A stretch of DNA of 35,685 nucleotides from the NCBI GenBank assembly GCA_050943225.1, contig JBMNOT010000002.1, positions 1 to 35,685 on the forward strand. The letters are read 5' to 3'. The position numbers were made by a program, and so were the translations under genes. The notes beneath the pieces were generated by a model. That model saw only the letters and a list, made by a program, of their open reading frames with translations. It had not been told where the DNA came from and searched no databases. The stretch's first letter is position 1. Every line of letters begins with the position of its first letter. This DNA is from Christensenellales bacterium. Its GTDB lineage: Bacteria > Bacillota > Clostridia > Christensenellales > SZUA-584. Shown here piece after piece: positions 8,289 through 18,134 of this stretch.

Positions 8289-8319
8289 AGGAGCTTACCC
8301 AGCTCCTGTTTTATTCTTT
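8289..8319 (+). terminator. Rho-independent terminator-like hairpin with T-rich tail
   Basis: AGGAGCT-TACCC-AGCTCCT is followed by GTTTTATTCTTT. It lies between the convergent M23 gene and the zinc-ribbon gene. Confidence 0.5.
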
Positions 8320-8342
8320 AATGACTAAAGCGGAATTGTTTT

Positions 8343-9341
8343 TTACTCAGGGTTGGTCGTGGGTATCGGCGGTTCGGGCGTCGCTTCAGGGCTGGGATTG
8401 GGCATCTCCGCAGTCACAGTTGCCGCCGGAGGCTCAGTTGTTGCGGCCGCAGGTACGCTGCGGCCCCTGCCAAGCAGCAGCACGCCCAGTACCACCAGCG
8501 TTATCACCAGCAGCGATGCCACCGTGACAATGGCGGCAATCATGCCGCGCGTCATCCTGTCGGGCTCATCCGGTTCGTCGTCATGCTCCTCGTCGTCCAG
8601 GTCCACCGGTATGCGCGACGGCACGGGCTCCTCCGCTCTCCGGTACCTGTCCGCCCTGACGCGCGCCACACGGACGCGCACCTCCCGGCTCCGGTCGGCC
8701 CGTGTCTCAGCATGCCTCGGCGCTTCTTCCTCCTCTGCATATCCCGGCAGCTCGATCTCTATCGACTCAGGCGGCATCTCGTCCTGAGCCGCAGCCAAAT
8801 CCGGCTGTTCTTCTGCGGCAGGCGCCGTATCCGGCTCGCTTTCCTCCGCTGCCGCCGTATATTCCTGCGGCTCGCTTTCCACGGCGGGCGCCGGCTCGTC
8901 CGCAGCCTCCTCAAACACAAACCGCAGTCCGCCGTCTTGCTCAGGCTCATCCTGATATGCCAGGCCGCCCTGCGCCCCGTCGGCTGTTTCGGGCATATCC
9001 TCCGCCGCTATCGTGTCGTCGGTATGCTCCTGTTCGTCGCTGACGACCATTTGGGGCTTCCTGCGCGCGAACACGCCACGCCGCACCGGCTCAGCTTCCT
9101 CCGGCTCATCCTGTTCCATGTCCGCGGGCTCAGGGCTGTCTTCTCCCGCGTCATATGCATACTCCGGCTCGTCATAGCTTTCCCGCTGCTGCTTCCTGCG
9201 CCCAAAAAGCGGCCTTTTGCGTTTCGCGGGAGCCGGCTCGTCGTCCGGTACCGGCTCCAAATGAAGCAGGCTGGCTTCGCACTCCGCGCATACGTAGGCG
9301 TCGTTACGGTTGCGCGCACCGCATTCCTCACAAATGATCAT
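8343..9341 (-). CDS. Zinc-ribbon / acidic disordered linker / single-TM protein of unknown function
   Basis: 332 aa. GGAGG lies 6 nt before the ATG. The N-terminus MIICEECGARNRNDAYVCAECEASLL has Cys at positions 4, 7, 18 and 21. About 250 aa of E/D/P/A-rich sequence follows, then a TM segment (MIAAIVTVASLLVITLVVLGVLLLG) and a P/T-rich tail of about 45 aa. Confidence 0.7.
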   Translation of the reverse strand: MIICEECGARNRNDAYVCAECEASLLHLEPVPDDEPAPAKRKRPLFGRRKQQRESYDEPEYAYDAGEDSPEPADMEQDEPEEAEPVRRGVFARRKPQMVVSDEQEHTDDTIAAEDMPETADGAQGGLAYQDEPEQDGGLRFVFEEAADEPAPAVESEPQEYTAAAEESEPDTAPAAEEQPDLAAAQDEMPPESIEIELPGYAEEEEAPRHAETRADRSREVRVRVARVRADRYRRAEEPVPSRIPVDLDDEEHDDEPDEPDRMTRGMIAAIVTVASLLVITLVVLGVLLLGRGRSVPAAATTEPPAATVTAEMPNPSPEATPEPPIPTTNPE

Positions 9342-9419
9342 GGTCGCCTCCGGTCAGAAATATGCCCAATACCCCATTACGACCCCAAAAGCTATTGCTT
9401 CGGGAGGCTCATAAACAAT

Positions 9420-10703
<1,284 letters not shown>

Positions 10704-10712
10704 CTAACTGGT

Positions 10713-10741
10713 ATTATCGCACAATTTACCGAACCGGGCAA
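10713..10741 (-). promoter_or_regulatory. Candidate serS promoter (TTGCCC-17-TGcGATAAT)
   Basis: On the minus strand, TTGCCC lies at 10741-10736, followed by a 17-nt spacer and GATAAT at 10718-10713 preceded by TGC (extended -10). This leaves only a leader of about 30 nt. Confidence 0.45.
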
Positions 10742-10801
10742 CGCCTTTGCCGTTTTTTTGACGGCGAATGCTCTGCCGCCGTATGCGCTTTACATTCATG
10801 C

Positions 10802-10837
10802 AGAAAAAAGAACGCCGCTAGCTTTTCGGCGGCGTTT
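10802..10837 (-). terminator. Rho-independent terminator after the EIIC-like gene
   Basis: The minus-sense sequence is AACGCCGC-CGAAAAGCTA-GCGGCGTT followed by CTTTTTTCTG. Confidence 0.75.
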
Positions 10838-10842
10838 AATAG

Positions 10843-11955
10843 CTATGACGGCAGCAGCATGTCTCCCGGTTTGATCCATCCCTTTTTGCGCATGAATTCG
10901 CTGAACAGCAGCGTTAGCAGCGCCGGCGCGATAAAATGCAGCCCGATCACGATGATAAGCAGCGTCCAGAAATCGTACACGCCCGCCATTGCCGTAAACG
11001 TGCCCACCTGCCCCACCAGGCCGGAGGTGCCCATGCCTGCGCCCAGCGGGATATTGGTCATGCGGAACACCAGCGTGGATATCGGCCCCAGTATCGCGCT
11101 GGCCAGAGTCGGCGGAATCCAGATCTGCGGATGCCGCACGATGTTGGGCACCTGCAGCATGGACGTGCCCAGCCCCTGCGCAATCAGGCCGCCCCATCTG
11201 TTCTCGCGGAAGCTCGCCACCGCAAACCCCACCATCTGCGCACAGCAGCCCACTGTGGCCGCGCCCGCCGCCAGGCCGGAAAGGTTCAGCATGATGGCCA
11301 GCGCCGCGCTGGAGATGGGCGCCGTCAGCACCATGCCCATCACCACCGACACCACAATGCCCATAAAGAGCGGCTGCAGTTCGGTCGCCCGCATGATGAG
11401 CTGTCCCAAAGACGTCATCAGCGCGCTCACCGCCGGCCCCACCAGCCATCCGGCCACACAGCCGGTCAGTATCGTCACGATGGGCGATAATATGATGTCG
11501 ATCTTGGTGCGCCCGGCCACCAGCTTGGCAAACTCCGCGCCCACCAGCGCTGCGATATAGCAGCCCACCGGGCCGCCCAGCATATAGCCGTACGCGCCAG
11601 TCACAGCGGACGAGAACATCACGAGCGGCTTGGCTTTAAGCCCCCAGGCCACCGCCACGCCGATTGCCGCGCCCACCACGGGCGACGACGACCCGATCAG
11701 GTACTTGAACACTTCGATAAACTCAAGGCCAGTCGCCTGTCCGGACGTCAGCAGCTGTACGCAATCGCCAAAGCGCTGCAGCGTCACCGTACCGGAAACC
11801 TCCGGCCAAATCAGGTTGATGATCTGCGTCATAATAAGGCCGATGATCAGCGAAGAAAACAGGCCCAGCGCCATCGCGCCCAGCGCATCGATGAAGTACC
11901 GCTTGGAATGCTTTTTAATGAAGTCCCAAAAGCTTAATTTTTCGCGTTTTTCCAT
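10843..11955 (-). CDS. PTS EIIC-like polytopic membrane protein (PTS_EIIC_2-type), with no EIIA/EIIB partner in the window
   Basis: ATG at 11955 follows GGAGGG. MEKREKLSFWDFIKKHSKRYFIDALGAMALG... begins a glycine-rich polytopic protein of 370 aa. The family assignment is from memory of the N-terminal and GTSMLQVPNI-type motifs and has not been searched. Confidence 0.6.
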   Translation of the reverse strand: MEKREKLSFWDFIKKHSKRYFIDALGAMALGLFSSLIIGLIMTQIINLIWPEVSGTVTLQRFGDCVQLLTSGQATGLEFIEVFKYLIGSSSPVVGAAIGVAVAWGLKAKPLVMFSSAVTGAYGYMLGGPVGCYIAALVGAEFAKLVAGRTKIDIILSPIVTILTGCVAGWLVGPAVSALMTSLGQLIMRATELQPLFMGIVVSVVMGMVLTAPISSAALAIMLNLSGLAAGAATVGCCAQMVGFAVASFRENRWGGLIAQGLGTSMLQVPNIVRHPQIWIPPTLASAILGPISTLVFRMTNIPLGAGMGTSGLVGQVGTFTAMAGVYDFWTLLIIVIGLHFIAPALLTLLFSEFMRKKGWIKPGDMLLPS

Positions 11956-12106
11956 AAAATTCCCTCCGTTTTCATGTGCGCAAAGAAACCCGTGCGGTTT
12001 TTTGTTCAATTCACAGGCCCCTGCACTAGTATTTTGGCTGGAGGAGCGTCTCCTCATCGCCATGTGGTTTGGTATATATATGAAAAACGCTCGTAAGCGG
12101 GATTGC

Positions 12107-13801
12107 TTACATCCTCTCCGGCGCGCCCACGCCGATGAGATACAGGCCCGTTTTCAGCACCTGTTTCACGCAGGCCGCCAGCATCAGCCGCGCAGCCGTC
12201 TTGGCCTCATCTTCGTCGATGATGCGGTGTTCGTAGTAGAAACGGTTCATCGCCTTGGCGAGCTCGATGATGTGCCGCGTAATCAGGTACGGCTCGTTCT
12301 TCTCGCACGCCCGCGCGACGGAATCCGGGAAGCTGTACAGCAGCTTGGCTGTCGCGAACGCCTCGGCGTTGTCCAGCGTGGTGTAATCCTTGTCCGCCGC
12401 CGCCCAGTCGAAATCCTCCCGGCGCAGCAGGCTGGCGCAGCGCGCGTGGGTATACTGCACATACGGGCCCGTCTCGCCGTCGAAGTTCAGCACGCGGTCA
12501 AACGAGAACGTGATGTCCTTGATGCGCGCGGACGATAAAGTATCAAACACCACCGCGCCGATGCCCACCGTCTGGGCCACCTCTTCCTTGTTCTCCAGCC
12601 CGGGCGACTTCTCCTCGATGATGGACAGCGTCTTTTCCACCGCCTTGTCCAGCACGTCCTTAAGCAGCACTACCTTGCCCTTGCGCGTGGACAGCGTGCC
12701 GTCCTCCAGCGACACCATGCCGAAAGCGACGTGCTCCAAATCCTTCGCCCACTCATAGCCCATCAGCTCGATGACCTTGAACACCTGCTTAAAGTGCAGG
12801 TTCTGCTGGTAAGCCACAACATAGAGGCATTTATGGAAATCATACGTCTTCTTGCGGTAGAAAGCCGCCGCGAGGTCGCGCGTGGAATACAGCGTCGCCC
12901 CGTCGGACTTGAGCACTATGCAGGGCGGCAAATCGTCGCCCAGGCGCACCACGTACGCGCCCTCCGAGAACTCCAGCAGCCCTTTTTCCCTCAGCTCGTC
13001 AATCACAGGCTGCATTTTGTCGTTGTAGAAGCTCTCGCCGGCGTAGCTATCGAAATGCACGCCCAGAAGGTCGTATATGTTGCCGACCTCTTTTAATGTC
13101 AGCTCCTTAAACCAGTTGAACATCGACAGCGCCTCTTCGTCGCCGTCCTCTATTTTCTTGAACCACAGGCGGGCCTGCTCGTCCAGATTTGGGTCCTTCT
13201 CGGCCTCTTCATGGAACTTCACGTACAGCTCCAGCATCGCGGTGATGGATCGCGCCTCGATGTCCTCCTTGCTGCCCCATAGCTTATAAGCCACGATCAG
13301 CTTTCCGAACTGCGTCCCCCAGTCGCCCAGATGGTTGATGCCCACCGGCTTGTATCCCAGAAAGCCGTATATGCGGTACAGCGCGTTGCCTATGACCGTG
13401 GTCGACAGGTGCCCGATGTGAAACGGCTTGGCGATGTTGATGGACGAATAGTCGATGCACACCACGCGCCCCGCGCCCTTGTCGCTGCCGCCGTAAGCGT
13501 CGCCCTGCTGGAAAACGTTTTCCAATGCCTGTTTGGCCAGCGCGACGCGGTCCAGAAAGAAATTGATATACGCGCCCACCACGCGCACTTCGGATATAAA
13601 ATCCGGCTTTACCAGCTTGCCGCCGATCTCCGCCGCGATGGCAGGCGGCGCCTTGCGCAGCGTTTTGGCCAGCTTAAAGCAGGGGAAGGCGTAGTCCCCC
13701 AGGGTCTCATCCGCGGGAACCTCTATCCAGGATGCTATTTCCTCCGCCGCCAGGCCCGCCGCGTCCGCGATGGCCTGCGCCAATAATTTGCTGTAGTCCA
13801 T
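12107..13801 (-). CDS. argS: Arginine--tRNA ligase
   Basis: 564 aa. The HIGH motif is PFHIGHL, there is a C-terminal DALR anticodon-binding region, and the protein ends in ...APERM. Confidence 0.95.
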   Translation of the reverse strand: MDYSKLLAQAIADAAGLAAEEIASWIEVPADETLGDYAFPCFKLAKTLRKAPPAIAAEIGGKLVKPDFISEVRVVGAYINFFLDRVALAKQALENVFQQGDAYGGSDKGAGRVVCIDYSSINIAKPFHIGHLSTTVIGNALYRIYGFLGYKPVGINHLGDWGTQFGKLIVAYKLWGSKEDIEARSITAMLELYVKFHEEAEKDPNLDEQARLWFKKIEDGDEEALSMFNWFKELTLKEVGNIYDLLGVHFDSYAGESFYNDKMQPVIDELREKGLLEFSEGAYVVRLGDDLPPCIVLKSDGATLYSTRDLAAAFYRKKTYDFHKCLYVVAYQQNLHFKQVFKVIELMGYEWAKDLEHVAFGMVSLEDGTLSTRKGKVVLLKDVLDKAVEKTLSIIEEKSPGLENKEEVAQTVGIGAVVFDTLSSARIKDITFSFDRVLNFDGETGPYVQYTHARCASLLRREDFDWAAADKDYTTLDNAEAFATAKLLYSFPDSVARACEKNEPYLITRHIIELAKAMNRFYYEHRIIDEDEAKTAARLMLAACVKQVLKTGLYLIGVGAPERM

Positions 13802-13832
13802 GATGTCCTGCTTTCAAATCATATTATCAGAA

Positions 13833-13861
13833 AATATACCACACCAATAAATGATTATCAA
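13833..13861 (-). promoter_or_regulatory. Candidate argS promoter (TTGATA-17-TATATT)
   Basis: On the minus strand, TTGATA lies at 13861-13856, followed by an exact 17-nt spacer and TATATT at 13838-13833, about 30 nt before the ATG. Confidence 0.5.
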
Positions 13862-13874
13862 TGCCTGCCCCGGC

Positions 13875-14681
13875 TCATATCTTCTCGCCGCCAAACAGCC
13901 AGGTTTTGATGATCGCCGCGTATTCACGCACGTGGCACGCCAAAGCGATCCTCCAGTTGGTCGGGGCGGGTATGCCGAACGCGCGGATACCCATCTGCTC
14001 CGCCAGCATCAGCGCGCGGAACACGTGAAAGTCGCTGGTCACGATGGCCGCTGTCTGCGGCTGCATAGGATATCGCGCCATGATCTCCCTGGAATACATC
14101 AGATTGCGTAGCGTGCTGTCGGAACGGTCCTCCATCAGTATGCGATCCGGATGGATTCCGCGCGAGCGCAGGTACGCGCTCATCGCCTGCGCCTCCGGCA
14201 CCGGCTCGTTGGCGCCCTGCCCGCCCGACACGATGCAGAGCGAGCCTTCGTGCTCCTTGAGGTAATCGTACGCGGCGTCCAGCCGTTTTTTCAGCGACAG
14301 CGTCAGCCGCCCGTCCGGGAATATGCCGCAGCCCAGCACGATCACAAACCCGGCGTCCTCCTCCGGCGGCTGCCTGTACGCCGCCTCATACATCAGTATC
14401 TCAAAACAGGCGGCGGCTAATAACCCTGTCACCAGCACCACGGCGATCATCACGCGCAGCCACCGCTGCCTGATCACTCGGCCGCGCCTGATAAGCCTGG
14501 CCGCCGCATACGCGATTAGCAGCAAACCCAATACGATGGGCGCGACCATGCCGATGGTGACAGCAGTGGAAACCGCCATCGCGATCCCCGACCACGCGAT
14601 CAGCACCAGCCCCGCCGCTGCCAGCAGCGCGCAGATGATCTTTACCAATAAGCTGTTGCTGCCTGATTTGTTCGCTTTCAT
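13875..14681 (-). CDS. YdcF/DUF218 (SanA/ElyC-like) membrane protein
   Basis: 268 aa. It has N-terminal TM helices followed by VIVLGCGIFPDGRLT...CIVSGGQG...SDSTLRNL...IVTSDFHVFRA. Its ATG overlaps the truA stop (ATGA at 14678-14681). Confidence 0.8.
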   Translation of the reverse strand: MKANKSGSNSLLVKIICALLAAAGLVLIAWSGIAMAVSTAVTIGMVAPIVLGLLLIAYAAARLIRRGRVIRQRWLRVMIAVVLVTGLLAAACFEILMYEAAYRQPPEEDAGFVIVLGCGIFPDGRLTLSLKKRLDAAYDYLKEHEGSLCIVSGGQGANEPVPEAQAMSAYLRSRGIHPDRILMEDRSDSTLRNLMYSREIMARYPMQPQTAAIVTSDFHVFRALMLAEQMGIRAFGIPAPTNWRIALACHVREYAAIIKTWLFGGEKI

Positions 14682-15430
14682 TTCTTCCCCGGTATCTTAT
14701 CGTCCCCGTAATACACCTTTTTCATCGTCAGCCCGTGCGCAGGCGCTGTCGGCCCTGCCAGTTCCCGGCCTGCTAGTATCGCATCGATGCAGTCGGGTCC
14801 GCGCTTGCCGATGCCCACCTGTATCAGCGTGCCCGCAATGATGCGCACCATATGGTGCAGAAATCCCGTGCCTGTCACGTCGATCCAGATATACGGCAGG
14901 TCAGCCGTCACCGTGATGTCGAAAATCGTGCGCACCGTATCCTTTACTTCGGTGCCGCTTACCGAAAACGGCTTAAAGTCATGCGTGCCGCACAGCCGGG
15001 CTGCCGCATCGCGCATTTTGTCCAAATCCAGCCTGCCGCGCACAAACGCCGCCGTATGGCGGTATATCGCGGGCGCGTGTCTGTCGCTGTATATCGTGTA
15101 GCGGTATGTCTTGGCCTTCGCGTCAAACCGCGCGTGAAAATTGGGGTCCGCCGCTTCCGAGCGCCGCACGCGGATATCGGGCGGCAGGTACATGTTAAAC
15201 ACGTAGCTCAGCCGCTCCGGCGGTATCACGCAGTCGGTATCGAAGTGCACCACCTGCGCTTCGGCGTGCACGCCCGCGTCGGTGCGCCCCGCGCTGTGCA
15301 TGCGCAACTTCTCGCCCACAGCGCGCTCGAAAGCGTTCTCCAGCGCTTCCTGCACCGACATAAAATCCCGCTGGCGCTGCCAGCCCGCATAGTTTGTCCC
15401 GTCGTATTCCACAATCAGCCTGATGCGCAT
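14678..15430 (-). CDS. truA: tRNA pseudouridine(38-40) synthase
   Basis: MRIRLIVEYDGTNYAGWQRQ, then SAGRTDAGVHA containing the catalytic Asp. The start is taken at the ATG at 15430 rather than the track start at 15469. Confidence 0.92.
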   Translation of the reverse strand: MRIRLIVEYDGTNYAGWQRQRDFMSVQEALENAFERAVGEKLRMHSAGRTDAGVHAEAQVVHFDTDCVIPPERLSYVFNMYLPPDIRVRRSEAADPNFHARFDAKAKTYRYTIYSDRHAPAIYRHTAAFVRGRLDLDKMRDAAARLCGTHDFKPFSVSGTEVKDTVRTIFDITVTADLPYIWIDVTGTGFLHHMVRIIAGTLIQVGIGKRGPDCIDAILAGRELAGPTAPAHGLTMKKVYYGDDKIPGKK

Positions 15431-15574
15431 TCCACTCTCCAGGTCAAAATCAAGTCCTGCCCCATACATAACAAGAGCATGGAGTTATCCACATGCTGCC
15501 TGCAGGGTGTGTGTTTATCCGGCAAGAGCCGGTACATTAAAATGAATATTGATGTCCGATTCTGTCGCCAACTC

Positions 15575-16369
15575 TTAGAATCCAAAGGCCATAAACACGA
15601 TCAGCGCAGCCACCACAGAGGCCGCCGCCCAGTCGCGCCCGGCCAGGTGCATCACTTTCATGCGCGTGCGCCCCTCCCCGCCATGATAACAGCGCGATTC
15701 CATCGCAACCGCCAGCTCATCCGCCCGCCGAAAAGCGCTGACAAACAGCGGCACCAGCAGCGGCACCATGCCCGTCGCGCGCTTGATCACGTTGCCGGAA
15801 TCAAACTCCGCGCCGCGGGCGGTCTGCGCCTTCATGATCTTGTCCGTCTCCTCAATCAGCGTCGGTATGAAGCGCATCGCGATGGTCATCATCATCGCCA
15901 GCTCGTGCACCGGGAACCTAACCACCTTGAGCGGCTTCATCAGGCTCTCCAGCCCGTCCGTCAGCGATATCGGCGATGTGGTCAGCGTCAGTATCGTCGT
16001 CGCGGTAATCAGGAATATCAACCTGAAGGCCAGCCGCACCGCGCTTACCAGCCCTTCCTCCGACACGCGGAATATCCACCACGAAAACAGCTCCGCGCCG
16101 CCCTGATGGAAAAACACGTTGAGCACGAACGTCAGCAATAAGATAAACCACAGCGGCTTGATGCCCCGCAGCACAAACTTTATGCTGATGCGCGACATGA
16201 TGATAACCGCGGTCAGAAACGCCAGCACCACCGCGTTGCCAATCACGGTGCGCGCCATAAATATCAGCACGATAACGGCGATCACCAGCACCAGCTTCAT
16301 GCGCGCGTCCAGCCGGTGAATAACGGAATTGCCGGGGAAATACTGGCCAAGCGTAATGTTCTTGATCAT
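15575..16369 (-). CDS. ecfT: ECF transporter transmembrane component
   Basis: MIKNITLGQYFPGNSVIHRLDARMK... with ARGAEF in the coupling-helix region. The ATG overlaps the ecfA2 stop (ATGA). Confidence 0.9.
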   Translation of the reverse strand: MIKNITLGQYFPGNSVIHRLDARMKLVLVIAVIVLIFMARTVIGNAVVLAFLTAVIIMSRISIKFVLRGIKPLWFILLLTFVLNVFFHQGGAELFSWWIFRVSEEGLVSAVRLAFRLIFLITATTILTLTTSPISLTDGLESLMKPLKVVRFPVHELAMMMTIAMRFIPTLIEETDKIMKAQTARGAEFDSGNVIKRATGMVPLLVPLFVSAFRRADELAVAMESRCYHGGEGRTRMKVMHLAGRDWAAASVVAALIVFMAFGF

Positions 16370-17220
16370 GGCCGGCCTCCCAGCATATTCTCCACGCACC
16401 GCTGCAGGTCGTCCAGCCGGATGATGTCCGGCGGGATGTCTTTCCCCCTGGCGCGCAGCTTCGCAGCGATCTCGGCCACACAGGGCACGTTCAGGCTCGC
16501 CGCAGTCAGTTCGTCGCGCCGGGCGAACACCTCAGCGGGCGTGCCGTCCATCAGCAGCCGCGCGCCCTTGAGCACCACCATCCGCCTTGCGTTCTCCGCC
16601 AGATCGTCCATCGAATGCGTAATGAGCAGTATGGTCACGCCTTCGCGGTTCAGCCGCCCGATCATATTCATCAGGTGCGTGCGGCCCGCCGGGTCCAGCC
16701 CGGCCACCGGCTCGTCCAGTATCAGCACGCTGGGCTTCATCGCCAGCACGCCCGCGATGGCCACCCGCCGCTTCTGCCCGCCCGACAGCTCAAAAGGTGA
16801 AAGGTTCTTCACGTTGTCAAAGTCCAGCTCCATCAGCTCCATCGCGTACCGCACGCGCTCCTCGGTCTCCTCCGTGGAGATGCCCAGCTTGCCCGGCCCG
16901 AAAGCGATGTCCTTATACACCGTCTCCTCAAACAGCTGGTGCTCCGGATATTGAAACACCACGCCGATTTTGCGGCGCAGTTTCTTTCGGTCGTAGCCCT
17001 TGGCGCCAATATCCTCGCCGTCAATCAGCACGCGGCCTGATGTGGGTTTTAAAAGCCCCGCAATCAGCCCTATCATCGTGGTCTTGCCGGAGCCGGTGTG
17101 CCCGATGATGCCCACAAACTCGCCGTCCTCGATTTTAAGGCTTAAATTATCCACCGCCTTGGCCTCAAACGGCGTGCCCGGCATATATGTATAAGTCAGG
17201 TTCTCAAGCTCTATCGGCAT
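16366..17220 (-). CDS. ecfA2: ECF transporter ATPase component 2
   Basis: MPIELENLTYTYMPGTPFE... with Walker A GHTGSGKTT, signature LSGGQKRRVAIAG and Walker B ILDEPVAGLD. Confidence 0.9.
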   Translation of the reverse strand: MPIELENLTYTYMPGTPFEAKAVDNLSLKIEDGEFVGIIGHTGSGKTTMIGLIAGLLKPTSGRVLIDGEDIGAKGYDRKKLRRKIGVVFQYPEHQLFEETVYKDIAFGPGKLGISTEETEERVRYAMELMELDFDNVKNLSPFELSGGQKRRVAIAGVLAMKPSVLILDEPVAGLDPAGRTHLMNMIGRLNREGVTILLITHSMDDLAENARRMVVLKGARLLMDGTPAEVFARRDELTAASLNVPCVAEIAAKLRARGKDIPPDIIRLDDLQRCVENMLGGRP

Positions 17221-18035
17221 AGTTTGTCCACCAGTTCGTCTATGGTCAGCGGGCATTCGCCCAGGTCATACCCTTTATTCTTCAGCCGGTGATACAGCTC
17301 GATATGCGGCGGCGCGGTCAGCCCCGCATGTTTTAGCACTGTTTCGTCAGCGAATATCTCGCGCGGCGTACCCGTCGCCGTAATCTGCCCGCCCGTCATC
17401 ACCACCACGCGGTCGGCCAGCAGCGCCTCCTCCATGTAATGCGTAATCAGTACGATGGTCTTGCCCTTGCTGCTTAAGTCGCGTATGGCCGCCAGTACCT
17501 CGCCGCGCCCTTCCGGGTCCAGCATCGCAGTGGGCTCGTCAAACACGATGATCTCCGGATGCATCGCCAGAACGCCCGCAATGGCCACGCGCTGCTTCTG
17601 CCCGCCGGACAGCATGTGCGGCGCGCGGTCTTTGAACGCGCTCATGTTCACCTGATCCAGCGCTTCGTCCACGCGCTGCCGTATCTCTGGCGGCGGCACG
17701 CCGAGGTTCTCGGGCCCGAACGCCACGTCCTCCTCCACTACTGTGGCCACCAGCTGGTTGTCGGGGTTCTGGAACACCATGCCCACCGTCCGCCGTATGT
17801 CCCACACATGGCGCTCGTCCTGCGTATCCATGCCCTTTACCACCACATTGCCGGACGCCGGCGTATACAGTCCATTGAGGAGCTTGGCCAGCGTGGATTT
17901 GCCGGAGCCGTTGTGCCCGACGATTGCAACAAATTCACCCGGCTCTATGGAAAGCGTCACGTTCCACAGCGCGGGCGACACGTTATCTTCGCTGGTGTAT
18001 GCGTATGTGACATCTTTTGCTTCAATGACCGCCAT
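17211..18035 (-). CDS. ecfA1: ECF transporter ATPase component 1
   Basis: MAVIEAKDVTYAY... with GHNGSGKST, LSGGQKQRVAIAG and VFDEPTAMLD. GAAGGGGA lies before the ATG at 18035. Confidence 0.9.
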   Translation of the reverse strand: MAVIEAKDVTYAYTSEDNVSPALWNVTLSIEPGEFVAIVGHNGSGKSTLAKLLNGLYTPASGNVVVKGMDTQDERHVWDIRRTVGMVFQNPDNQLVATVVEEDVAFGPENLGVPPPEIRQRVDEALDQVNMSAFKDRAPHMLSGGQKQRVAIAGVLAMHPEIIVFDEPTAMLDPEGRGEVLAAIRDLSSKGKTIVLITHYMEEALLADRVVVMTGGQITATGTPREIFADETVLKHAGLTAPPHIELYHRLKNKGYDLGECPLTIDELVDKLCR

Positions 18036-18072
18036 CGTTTCCCCTTCGCGCGACATGCTCCATTATACACCA

Positions 18073-18104
18073 AAAGGCTTTGAAAAGCGACTTTCAAAGC
18101 CTTT
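18073..18104 (-). terminator. 13-bp hairpin between rplQ and ecfA1, followed by TATAAT
   Basis: The minus-sense sequence is AAAGGCTTTGAAA-GTCGCT-TTTCAAAGCCTTT followed by TGGTG TATAAT (plus-strand 18062-18067). The T-run is only 4 nt, so this may be a partial terminator or processing site plus an internal -10. Confidence 0.45.
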
Positions 18105-18134
18105 CTTCCGTGCGGTAGAAAATCAAACCGAGCC

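Noticed and set aside
9342-9419. A hairpin (CCCGAAGC-AATA-GCTTTTGGG) between serS and the zinc-ribbon gene, considered as a terminator.
   Set aside because: The stem is bulged and contains wobble pairs, and on the minus strand it is followed by GTCGTAATGGGG rather than a U-run. It is more likely neutral, with the two genes co-transcribed.
14852-16141. A 429-aa plus-strand ORF spanning truA and ecfT, the longest unassigned ORF in the track.
   Set aside because: It is fully antisense to two well-supported genes. The composition is Arg/His/Gln/Pro-rich and low in complexity, it has no SD and it has no recognisable motif. This is the typical mirror ORF of high-GC coding sequence.
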